Shown here piece by piece: positions 36,975-47,311 of a stretch of 64,000 nt of DNA. The stretch's first letter is position 1; each line of letters begins with the position of its first letter. This DNA comes from Somniosus microcephalus (lineage: Eukaryota): contig CM126208.1 in assembly GCA_052327205.1 (NCBI GenBank), positions 207,576,001 through 207,640,000 of the forward strand, given 5' to 3'. The position numbers and the translations under genes were made by a program. The notes beneath the pieces are model-generated. The model worked only from the letters and a program-made list of their open reading frames with translations, was not told the DNA's origin and searched no databases.

Positions 36975-38240
36975 TTGGAACAGGAGGAGGCCATTCAGCC
37001 CCTTCTGTCTGTTCTGCCAGTCAGTCAGATCATGGCTGATCTGTGTCCTAACTCCTCCTGCCCACCTTGGCTCCATATCCCTTAATACCCTTGGTAAATC
37101 TATCGATCTCAGATTTAAAATTATTAATTGAGCTAGCTTCTACTGCTTTTTGTGGAAGAGAGCTCCACACTTCTACAACCCTTTGCGTGAAGAAGTGTTT
37201 CCTAATTTCTCACCTGAATGGCCTGGCTCTGATAAGGTTATGTCCCCTTGTCCTAGACTTCCCCCCACCAGCGGAAAAAGTTCCACTCTATCTACCCTAT
37301 CAATTCCTTTCAAAATCCTAAAATCCTCAATCAAATCATCTCGTAACCATCTATATTCCAGGAATACAAGCCTAGTTTATGTAATCTCTCCTCATAATCT
37401 AACCCTTGAAGCCCTGGTAACATTCTGCTGAATCTGCGCTGCACTTGTTCCAAAGCCAATATATCCTTTCTAAGGTGCGTTGTCCAGAACTGTACACAGC
37501 ACTCCAGATGTGGTCTAACCAGGGCTTTGTATATCTGTAGCAAAATTTCCTCACCTTTTCTATTCTAGCCCTCTAATTATAAAGGCTAACATTCCATTAG
37601 CCATTTGGATTATTTTTTGTACCTGAATGCTGCAATGTATTTGATTGATCTGTGTACATGGACCCCTAAATCTCTCTGGACCTCCATTGTTCCTAGCTTT
37701 TCACCATTTAAAAAAATACTTGGATCCAAATGGATGACCTCACACTTGCCTGCATTGAAATCTACAGTTTTGCCCACTCACTTAATCTATCAATGTCTCT
37801 CTGTAAATTTATGCTCCCGTCTACACTACTTACTGTGCCACCAATCTTTGTGTCATCGGCAAACTTGGATATATGGCTCTCACTCGCGTTATCTAAGTCA
37901 TTAATAACAGTGAATAGTTGAGATTTCAGCACAGATCCTTGTGGGACATCACTAGTCACTTCCTTCCAATTCGAGTACATACCCATTATCCCTACTCTGT
38001 CTTCTACTGCCTAACCTCCTAACCAGGTCAATAATTTGTCTTCAGTTCCATGAGCTTTAACTTTAGCGTACAGTCTCTTGTGTGCAACCTTATCAAATGC
38101 CTTCTGGAAGTTCATATAAACTACATCTATAGACATTCCCCTATCTATTACTTCAGATATTTACTCAAAAAAGTCAATTAGATCCGTTAGACATGACCTA
38201 CCCTTTACAAATCCATATTGGCACTGTCTCATCAGCTCAA
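36975..38240 (-). mobile_element. CR1 RT/3' fragment, decayed
   Basis: VPQGSVL, FADDTKIGG, LVRPHLECCVQFW, 3' UTR. Confidence 0.85.
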
Positions 38241-38242
38241 AT

Positions 38243-39260
38243 CAGACAACAGCAGGTGCCTCTCCCATGGAGCCAAAGCCACTGTACTGGGATGACATCT
38301 CTGCACCTCCACTGCTCTGCACTAGAACAGAGTGCAGGAATAATGTGACACTCTGGAAGCCTCTGTCAACAGTGTCTCCCAAAGCCACGATGGCAACCAT
38401 CAGTGATTGCATAGCAGCAGTGTGAGCTGCCATGGAAGCTGTCAACAGAGGCTCCATCATGGTGGGTGCCATTGTGTTAATGGAACTGCCCACTCTGTCC
38501 ATGTTGGACAGAGTGGCCTCCATGCTACGCGCGAAGCCTTAAGACAAATTGGAGCTGGACTTCTTCAAGCTCCACGACATTGTGCACAACCTCTCCGGCA
38601 GGCTGCCTAGTGTACCTGGCATTTCCCGGTGTATGCCCATCAGCGTTCTTTGGTAGGCTGAGTCCTTGAAGTCAGCATCTGAGTCTTCAGAACAACTATT
38701 ATGCAGCTTTGCCCTCCGCACATGTGGCATTCTATTCCCCTGCCCTAACCCCTGCACACTTGTGCCCAGTGTAGACACATCCTCTAACTTAGCTTCTAAC
38801 ATACATGTAGTGCCAATCTCTGAGCTGGTGCTTGCGTGGGTCAGATCGAGTGAGTGCATCTTCAGGAAGGCTGCCGTCCTGTTCCTCCACTGGAACACTG
38901 GCTTCTACATTCTGAGCATCTGAAAAAGAGGGACAAGAATTAGATTTTGGTGTAAAGGGAGCGCACAGAGTGAGAAGTGGGTGGTGAAAGCAGCTGCAGT
39001 GTATGGGATGAGATAGAAGTCAGAAGGGACAAAGATGAGGTATTAAGAAACCCTGAGTGATGTCTCTGCCAGGCTTGCCAGTCATCACGACCACCACTCT
39101 GCCTCTGTACTCTCTCAGGCGGAAAAAGGTGTGCAGTGTGGAAATAAAGCCTATTTGATGTCCCCCACTGCAAGATTGGTTCGCCCTGAGGCAGCCAGCG
39201 CCATGGCCCACTGCACTCGGAAATGAGCCCAACAGAATGGCTGCAACAAATTCTCGCCCT
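38243..39260 (-). mobile_element. Harbinger fragment (Myb/SANT gene remnant) with a probable TIR at the right end
   Basis: HSLDLTHASTSSEIGT..CSEDSDADF..LPERL resembles 23790-24200; end aaattctcgccc is TIR-like. Confidence 0.65.
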
Positions 39261-41230
39261 ATTCCCATATCCCTTGTTCCCCTAGAGTCCAAAAATCTTA
39301 TCTATCTCAGCCTTGAATATACTCAAAGACTGAGCATCCATAGCCCTCTAGGGTAGAGAATTCCAAAGATTCACCACCCTCTGAGTGAAGAAACTTCTCC
39401 TCATCTCAGTCTTAAATGGCCGACCCCCTATCCTGAGACTAAAACTATGAGTTCAAGTCTCTCCATCCAGGGGAAACGGCCTCTGAGCATTTATCCTGTC
39501 AATCCCCCTCGGAATCTTATGTTTCAATGAGATCACTTCTCATTCTTCTAAACTCCAGAGAGTATAGGCCCAATCTACACAATCTCTCATCATAGGAAAC
39601 ATAGAAACATAGAAGATAGGAGCAGGAGTAGGCCATTTGGCCCCTCAAGCCTGCTCCGCCATTCAGTGAGATCATGGCTGATCTTCCAAATTCAGTACCC
39701 CGTTCCTGCCTTCTCTCCATATCCCTTGATTCCTTTAGCCTTAAGAAATATATCCAACTCCTTCTTGATATTTAATGAATTGGCTTCTACTGCCTTCTGT
39801 GGTAGAGAATTCCACAGGTCCACCACTCTCTGGGTGAAGAAATTCCTCCTCATCTCTGTCCTAAATGGCTTACCCCTTATCCTTAGACTGTGACCCCTGG
39901 CTCTGGACTCCCCGACCATCAGGAACATCCTTCCTGCATCTAGTCTGTCTAGTCCTGTTAGAATTTTATAAGTTTCAATGAGATCCCCTCTCATTCTTCT
40001 AAACTCCAGCGAGTATAAGCCCAATCGACCCAATCCCTCTTCATACGTCATTCCTGCCATCCCAGGTATCAGCCTGGTGAATCTTCGCTGCACTCCCTCC
40101 ATGGCAAGAACATCCTCAGATAAGGTGACCAAAACTGCACACAATACTCAAGATGTGGTCTCACCAAGGCCCTGTACAACTGCAGCAAGACATCCTTGTT
40201 CCTGTACTCAAACCCTCTTGCTATGAAGGCCAACATACCATTTGCCTTCTTAACCGCCTGCTGCACCTGCATGCTTACCTTCAGCGACTGGTGCACAAGG
40301 ACACCCAGGTCTCGTTGCACTTCCCCTTCTCCCAATTTATTGCCATTCAGATAATAATCTGCGAATGCTGCAGTATGTATCCAATCGCAGCTCCAGTGCC
40401 GCAATGCGGTCTGCCAGTAGCTGCAGCTGGATACACTTCCTGCACACATGGTCGTCAGGGACACAGGAAGTGTCGCTGATTTCCCACATAGTGCAGGAGG
40501 AGCATACCATGGGGCCGAGCTGTCCTGCCATGACTTACCCTTTAGTTAATTTAAATTAAATCAAATCAATACCACCAATTACACTACAGTTAAATGATAT
40601 ACTTAAGGGCCTGGTTTACTAACAGTCCCTGCTATACCACGGAGAGCTTAGAAACTATAAACCACAGAGTTTAAGTTTGGAAAAAGAGAGAAATACTCAC
40701 CAACCAATCACTTACCTGCTTTCTGGTGACGTCACACTTCGATTACTTTTTACTTCTCTCTCACGCTCCGAGATTGGTAAACCTACCTGCCTCTGCCGCA
40801 TTTTTATATCATCGCTCCTCGGCCGCCGCTCCAACCAGGTCCGCCGCCGCTGTGGGGCCTACCTGCCTCTGCCGCCTTTTTATATCACTGCTCCTCCGCT
40901 GCTGCTCCAACCAGGTCCGCCGCCACTGTGGCAAGTAGGACAGCCCTCTCATCCCAGGAATCAATCTAGAAGACCTTTGTTGCACCGCCTCTATGGCAAG
41001 CATATCCTTCCTTAGGTAAGGAAACCAAAACTGTACACAATACTCCAGGTGCGGTCTCTCCTAAGCACTATATAATGGCAGCAAAACTTCCTTACTCTTA
41101 TACTCCAACCTCCTTGCAATAAAGGCTGATACCATTTGCTTCCCTAATTGCTTATTGTACCTGCATGTTAACTTTCAGTGATTTGTGTACAAGGACACCC
41201 AAATCCCTCTGCATACCAACATTTAATAGT
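39261..41230 (-). mobile_element. CR1 3' fragment (39261-39597 plus 40936-41230) hosting a nested internally deleted CR1
   Basis: Rejoined sequence ..ctctcatcataggacagccctctcatcccagg matches the uninterrupted relative at ~60325-60360. Confidence 0.85.
39598..40935 (-). mobile_element. Internally deleted CR1 with both termini (5' repeats, ORF1 zinc-finger start, RT C-terminus, tail), TSD TAGGA
   Basis: ORF1 start MAGQLGPMVCSSCTMW..HVCRKC (40531) is fused at ~40360 to DYYLNG..QRDLGV; (AACATAGA) tail; TAGGA at 39593-39597 and 40936-40940. Confidence 0.87.
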
Positions 41231-41361
41231 CCAAGAACTATGCAGTTGTACCATGAATGCAGTCTGTGAAACCCATAAAATGTGTTCAGAATACAATCAC
41301 AGAAATAGACCTAATTAAAGCCACACTTGCACTTGACCTTTTACTTTTTTCTTTCCACCAG

Positions 41362-42167
41362 AGACCTAGAATATTCAGCATCAGTCAAAGATGTATACCA
41401 GTTAAACCAAAGAGCGAGAAGTAATACTGATGAGGTTGACCCCAAACTACGAGATACAGGGAATGACAGCACAAGCACAGCACCCCGAAGCACAGAGGAA
41501 TCCTTGTCTGAAGATGTATTCACCGAGTCAGAACTCTCCCCTATCCGGGAGGAGCTGGTCTCCTCTGATGAGCTTAGACAAGATAAATCATCAGGAGCCT
41601 CATTGGAGTCTGTGCAAACCATAAACCAGTCTGCTGCGGAGGGCTGCCCCCAACCTTCATCTGTCGAGTCATTGGAGGCTACTGTGACTGAACAAATGAA
41701 TGCTGAAAAACTATTGACTCATGATGGTGATGTTCCAGGTCCTGAACTGGTTGAAGAGAAGGGAAATGGGAACAAAACTATGGAAAAATCTCGAAATGAA
41801 CACGGCACTGATGATGATAGTAGTGCAGCACATCATGGTGCGGATGAGCCGCATTCCACTCTTCGTCAGAGCTTGGCCAGTGAGCACAAACATGCTGAAG
41901 CTGAGGAGTTGAATGTAGAGTGTAGAGCAAGTCAAACTGCACCTGCTTCAGATTCCACAGGCATGTGCGAGAGAGCGAACACTGATCAGACCAGGAAATC
42001 TGGGGAAGAGCATGTTCCGGATTCTGAGACTGAGGTGGAGGAGCTCCGAAAGCTGTGGAAGAGTCACACTATGCAACAGACTAAAGAGCAGAGGGAAACA
42101 ATGCAACAGGTCACCAACAAAGAAGTCAAACAGAAAACTAGGAAAGCTGCAGAAGGATCTGTAGAAG
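41362..42167 (+). CDS. OXR1: OXR1 large internal coding exon (acidic, low-complexity linker)
   Basis: GNDSTSTAPRSTEESLSEDVFTESELSPIREELVSSDELRQDKSSGAS and EELRKLWKSHTMQQTKEQRE are OXR1 signatures. Acceptor ctttccaccag|, donor gaag|gtatat; 806 nt, phase 2 to 1, compatible with both neighbours. Confidence 0.95.
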
Positions 42168-42934
42168 GTATATTAACCTAATTGAATTACTGTACTTGGG
42201 CTGGGATAATGAAGCAGATTGTGGTAGGAGTATGAAGAGTATTTTTTAAAATTCACATTCTGAGTGTGTTCATTGGGGGCACATATTATGAACTCGGGAG
42301 TGCAGTCCTGGCGTACGCATTTGATATAATGTGGGTCTTATTTTCAGAATAAAAAGAACCAGAGTCTATTTCTTTCCTCCCCTCTGGTTGCCATCTGAAT
42401 TATATTTTCTGTCCATTTAAAAAAAAAAAAATGGATGTAAAATTGTGAGGGGCACATGCCCTAATTCCCGATTAATGTCATTTCTAACATGGGATGTTTG
42501 AGTTCTCAGCTGTGCCACTCTTTCTCTCCCTCCAACCCATCCAGAGGGAATGAGAGGGTTCACGCAGCTCCACAGTAGCCAGTTACAGAGTGGTATTGAT
42601 GGGCGCTGCTGCCATCAGGAAAGTGATTTGTGCCACAGGAAGACTGTAGAAAGAGGGAATTTGGATAAAATACAGAATAACTAAAATAAATTTAAAAATA
42701 ATGCTGCATTTGGATTATACAGATCCTCCACATTCCAATGCTTTCTACACAAGCACAATTTTGAAAGATTACTCTGCTTACAGCTCTTCTGACAGATGCT
42801 GCAGTTCCCAACAGAGAAGTAAGAAAAAGCCCCTTTGAAAGTAGTCCCACTCCTGGCTTGCTCCATTAGCTTCACAGTGGTGGTGTTTTATTTATTATAA
42901 TAAACAAAAGATTTGACTCTGTTGTTTGTGAACT

Positions 42935-43065
42935 TTGCTGCGTGCAATTGGCTGCTGGATTTGCCTAATATAAGCGTGACTGCACTGTAGCTAAGTAATT
43001 CATTGGTTGTAAGGATTTTGGGATGTCCTATGCAAGGCACTATATAATGCAAGCTCTTTCTTTCT
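42935..43065 (-). mobile_element. SacSINE-like 3' fragment (orientation: same sense as 63179 copy, i.e. + strand reading of tail)
   Basis: ttgctgcgtgcaattggctgc..gtgactgcact..ttttgggatgtcc..aaggcactatataatgcaag; diverged, boundaries and strand label uncertain. Confidence 0.4.
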
Positions 43066-43672
43066 TGGCCTTTACTTTCATTTCCCAATTTTAGTGAAAT
43101 GTGAATAGAATTTTGATTGAAATCCAGGCTTCCAAAATCTTCTTTAAAATAACTACTGCAACACCATTGGTTATCTGATATTTTGCCCTCGGCAGTACTT
43201 AGCTGTTATTTTTCGGCACTCATTGTGGGTGGATACGAGCCTAATACTTAACATTGCGACCTTGCTACAATTAAACATTACATTAGTTCATTTCCTTATT
43301 AGCGAGAAAGAACAAACCAACTGCCCAACTAATACAAAACCAGAGTATATCCATCGCTACAGAAGCTTACAGTCACAATATAACCCGCAAACAAACCAGG
43401 TCTCCACGGGGTTTAACACAGCACTTGACAACCCAAGTTGGATTCAGAAATCTCTCTGCATCATGGTCACAGGCTTTCTAATGTTAATGCATCTTCAGTG
43501 CTAAGAAATTGGACCTAGTTATTTTGCAGGGGCAATGAGGGCCAATTTCGGGCACCAGTGTCCTGCGTCCCAATGATGCCTGGAAGGCATCCATCCTGAT
43601 ATTGGGTCAGGCCATTTTTCAGGCATCTCTTGCAGCCGTCTAAAACAGGCACTTCAAGTGCATATCCAAGTA

Positions 43673-43999
43673 CAGGAAACTCTCGTTTAAACGGCACCTA
43701 AATATCCGGAATTCTCTATTAACCGGCAAAATTCATACTCCGAAAACACCTCAATAACCGGAAATGTTGCCGAGTCCGAGTCTCCCACGGTGGCCGAGTT
43801 AGTCAGTGGAGGTAGTTCTCCAAACTGCCACTACTCGGCTTCTTGGCACTGTCAGAAGTCCGAACACTTCAATAACAGGAGTCTGACTCGTTGTTTGTTA
43901 AAAATAGCCTCGGTAGATAACCCCCTCCGTCATCTGGAATTTTTAATCAACCGGCACCATCCCGGTCCCATCGGTGCCGGATACCAGAGATTTTCCCTG
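43673..43999. mobile_element. Tc1/mariner (Tigger/pogo-like) MITE, TA TSD
   Basis: TA|CAGGAAACTCTCGTTTAAACGGCACC ... GGTGCCGGATACCAGAGATTTTCCCTG|TA imperfect TIRs; internal repeated AACCGG motifs. Confidence 0.7.
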
Positions 44000-44001
44000 T
44001 A

Positions 44002-45570
44002 CTTTTTAAATGTGATGAGGGTCTCTGCCTCTACCACTCTTTCAGGCAGTGAGTTCCAGACCCCCACCACCCTCTGAGTGAAAAAATTCTCCTCAAATCC
44101 ACTCTAAACCTCCTACCCATTACTTTAAATCTATGCCCCCTGGTTATCAACCCCTCCGCTAAGGGAAATAGGTCCTCCCTATCCACTCTATCTAGGCCCC
44201 TCAATTAGGTCTCCCCTCAGCCTCCTCTGTTCCAAAGAAAACAACCCCAGCTTATCCAATCTTTCTTCATAGCTAAAATTCCCCAGCCCAGGCAACACCC
44301 TCGTAAAATGATAGCAAAATACTGCAGATGTTGGAAATCCGAAATAACAACAGAAAATGCTGGAAAAACTCAGCAGGTCAGGCAACATCCGTGGAGAGAA
44401 ATTTGAGTTGACGTTTCGGGTTGGACCCTTCTTCAAAACTGGAAAGAAAAGAGACTAGATCGGAGGCAGGGCTGCGATCGGACAAAAGAATAAAAGAAAC
44501 AAAAGAAGTAAAAGAGATTAGAAGCTAGACGAGATGGTGATAGGCTGGGATTAGGTGTAAAGTGTACTGGCAGGGCAAAAGATAGCTGCCAGGTGTGAGA
44601 GAGAGACAAAAGGAAAGGGGGGGGGGAAAAGGAGTGGAACAATTACAAGAGAAAATGAAATGGGGGCCGAGCTTATGATCTGAAATTGTTGAACTCGATA
44701 TTGAGTCCGGAAGGCTGCAGACTGCCTAATCGGAAGATGAGGTGCTGTTCCTCGAGTTTACGTTGAGCTTCCGTGGAACAATACAAGAGGCCAAGGACGG
44801 TGAGGTCCGAGTGGGAATGGAGCGGTGAATTAAAATGACAGGCGACCGGAAGCTCGGGGTCACCCTTACGGACTGAACGGAGGTGTTCCGCAAAGCGGTC
44901 ACCCAATCTGCGTTTGGTCTCCCCAATGTAGAGGAGACCGCATCGTGAGCAGCGAATACAGTATACTAGATTGCGAGAAGTACAAGTAAATCGCTGTTTC
45001 ACCTGGAAGGGGTGTTTGGGGCCCTGGACAGTAAATCTCCTCTGCACCCTCTCTAGTGCAATCTTCTAGCTGCGGCCTAACTAGTGTTTTATACAGTTCA
45101 AGCATAACCTCCCTGCTCTTGTCTTTATTAGCCGAGGCATAGAATATAAGTATCCCGCATGCCTTCTTAACCACCTTATCTACCTGTCCTGCTACCTTCA
45201 GGGATCTGTGGACATGCACTCCAAGGTCCCTTTGTTCCTCTACACTACTCAGTGTCCTACCATTTAATGTGTATTCTCTTGCCTTGTTAGCCCTCCCCAA
45301 ATGCATTACCTCACACTTCTCCAGATTGAATTCCATTTGCTACTGTTCTGCCCACCAGACCAGTTCATTGATATTTTCCTGTAGTCTGCAGCTTTCTTCT
45401 TCATTATGAACCACACGGCCAATTTTTGTATCATCAGCAAACTTCTTAATCATACCCCCTACATTCAAGTCCAAATCATTGATGTATACCACAAAAAACA
45501 AATGACCCAGTACTGAGCCCTGCGGAACCCCACTGGAAACAGCCTTCCAGTCACAAAAACCCCCTTCGAC
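44002..45570 (-). mobile_element. CR1 RT/3' fragment (44002-44305 plus 45032-45570) split by a Penelope element
   Basis: EFNLEKCEVMHLG, LYKTLVRPQLE; host ..VQRRFT|RVLPG is interrupted by the insert. Confidence 0.85.
44306..45031 (-). mobile_element. Penelope-like retroelement 3' part with GIY-YIG endonuclease
   Basis: FTCTSRNLVYCIRCSRCGLLYIGETKRRLGDRFAEH..VACHFN..LGSLQPSGLNIEF (44673-45030). Confidence 0.92.
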
Positions 45571-45644
45571 CCTTGATGTCCATCAAGAACAACTACTTAT
45601 TAACTAACTGCTCTTAGTATTTAGCTGCTGACTCACACCATGAT

Positions 45645-45972
45645 GAAAGAAAGAAAGAAAGAAAGAAAGAACTTTTATTTATATATCGTTCGCATCCTCA
45701 GGACATCCCAAAGTGTTTCACAGTCAATGTATTACTTTTAATGTAGGCAAACACAAAGGCAGTTTTGTGCACCAGTTAATCTTTATTTTTGATGGTGTTG
45801 GTTGTGGGATAAACGTTGGCCAAAGCTCCCCGACTTGTTTGCAAATAATGACGTGGCATATTTTACATCCCGAGGTGTGGCACTGAAGCACCAGCATGTG
45901 CTGGAATCCTGGAGTGGGGCTTGAACCTATAAACTTTGACTCCGAGGCACTACCACTGTGCCAGGCTGAAAC
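45645..45972 (-). mobile_element. SacSINE/Deu-SINE-like element with (AAAG)n tail
   Basis: (AAAG)n at 45645-45672; ctggagtggggcttgaacc..tgactccgaggc tRNA-like head on the minus strand. Confidence 0.65.
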
Positions 45973-47080
45973 TTAAGGTTCAGCAGTGGTACTTGTTGGT
46001 ACACCTTGCAAAGTAATCCAGTCTTCACATTACGGTTATGGCTATCATTTTTGGCAATTTCACAATCAGTTTTGTAACTCACGCACAAACTATTTCTTGC
46101 ACAAATAAGATTTCTAGATCAAAAGGGTAATTTATCTTTTGAAGATCCGACAAATTTAGGATTAAAGGTAGGTCCTGTATTTTACTATCTGGGGACACCA
46201 ACTTTCAGTCGCACTAATTTCTCTCTTTTGCATATCTCCCCCTTTGTCTCTCACATACACGCTCACATTTACACTCGCACACTTCTGTGTGCAGCAGTGC
46301 ACAGTTTTAAAGCAATGAAACCAATGTCGAGACAGATACCATGCTTCCAGTAGTGATATCTGTTCACTGGGACATTTTTGAATGAACTTCCCAAACGTCC
46401 TTTGCTGAAGCTCCTGACAGAAGGGGCTTTTGCTTTTTTGGTAGATTTGACCGAAATCAGAATTAAAACCATTGTAAACCAGAGTTAATTTTAACTCACA
46501 TATCTGCTAAAGCCATTGACTCATGTTAGGTTAAGACAGCATAAGATAGCATGTCTGAGCTCACTTTTCAACCGTGAAAGACATCGCTACCAAGCCCAAT
46601 CCAGTTCCCACTGTAGCCATTCCGCTCCCAATTGTTTGTTGCCACAGTTGAGAATGTTTTACTCTGCATAGATCAGGGACCAAGCTTACAAAGTCAGCTT
46701 TTTAACATCAAGTGTACACAAGTCACCATAACCTTTCTAAAGCATAGTATGAAATGTTCTTGTATTTGTTATTGCATTTATATCAATATATACATCATTG
46801 GAATCATGGAAGCTTATGGCACAGAAGGAGGCTATCCAATTAGTCCCACTCCCTGCTTCTCCATTACCCTACAATTTTGTCACCATCAAATATTTATTCA
46901 GTTCCCTTTTGAAAGTTACTGTTGATTTTGAAAATCTCTGTTCCTGCACCCCGTTTAACATATTGCCTCTCGTTATTCCTACCAAAATGCAGCACTTCAT
47001 GTTTGCTGAACATCTCAAAACAAAAATTTGAGCTTAAAAACAAAAGCGATTAATTTTGTGTTTTTAATATTGAATCTCAG

Positions 47081-47249
47081 GTAGTGTCATAGCAAAAGAG
47101 AAAAGGCGACATCGATCTCACAAGTTCCTGTGTTTGAGAGTTGGGAAGCCCATGAGGAAGACATTCGTGTCTATAGCAAGCGCATCCATGCAGCAGTATG
47201 CCCAGAGGGACAGGAAGCACGAGTACTGGTTTGCAGTGCCACAGGAAAG
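47081..47249 (+). CDS. OXR1: OXR1 internal coding exon
   Basis: Not in the ORF track. Manual translation: (G)SVIAKEKRRHRSHKFLCLRVGKPMRKTFVSIASASMQQYAQRDRKHEYWFAVPQE(R). Acceptor aatctcag|, donor ag|gtaagt; 169 nt, phase 1 to 2. Confidence 0.95.
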
Positions 47250-47311
47250 GTAAGTTGACCTTTCACCTTGGAAGTCCTGAGTCCCGCTATAGCTTTTCTG
47301 AGACTGAAGAA

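Noticed and set aside
36538-37131. 197-aa hydrophobic ORF
   Set aside because: Pyrimidine-rich low-complexity intron running into a CR1 3' UTR; no recognisable domain.
44673-45336. CR1 RT-GIY-YIG fusion protein
   Set aside because: A Penelope fragment inserted in a dead CR1; host sequence resumes at ~44305.
31663-47249. Calling the host gene NCOA7
   Set aside because: YGIMCPMEEV, STAPRSTEESLSEDVFTESELSP and ELRKLWK.HTMQQ fit OXR1 rather than its paralogue as I recall the sequences; BLASTP would confirm.
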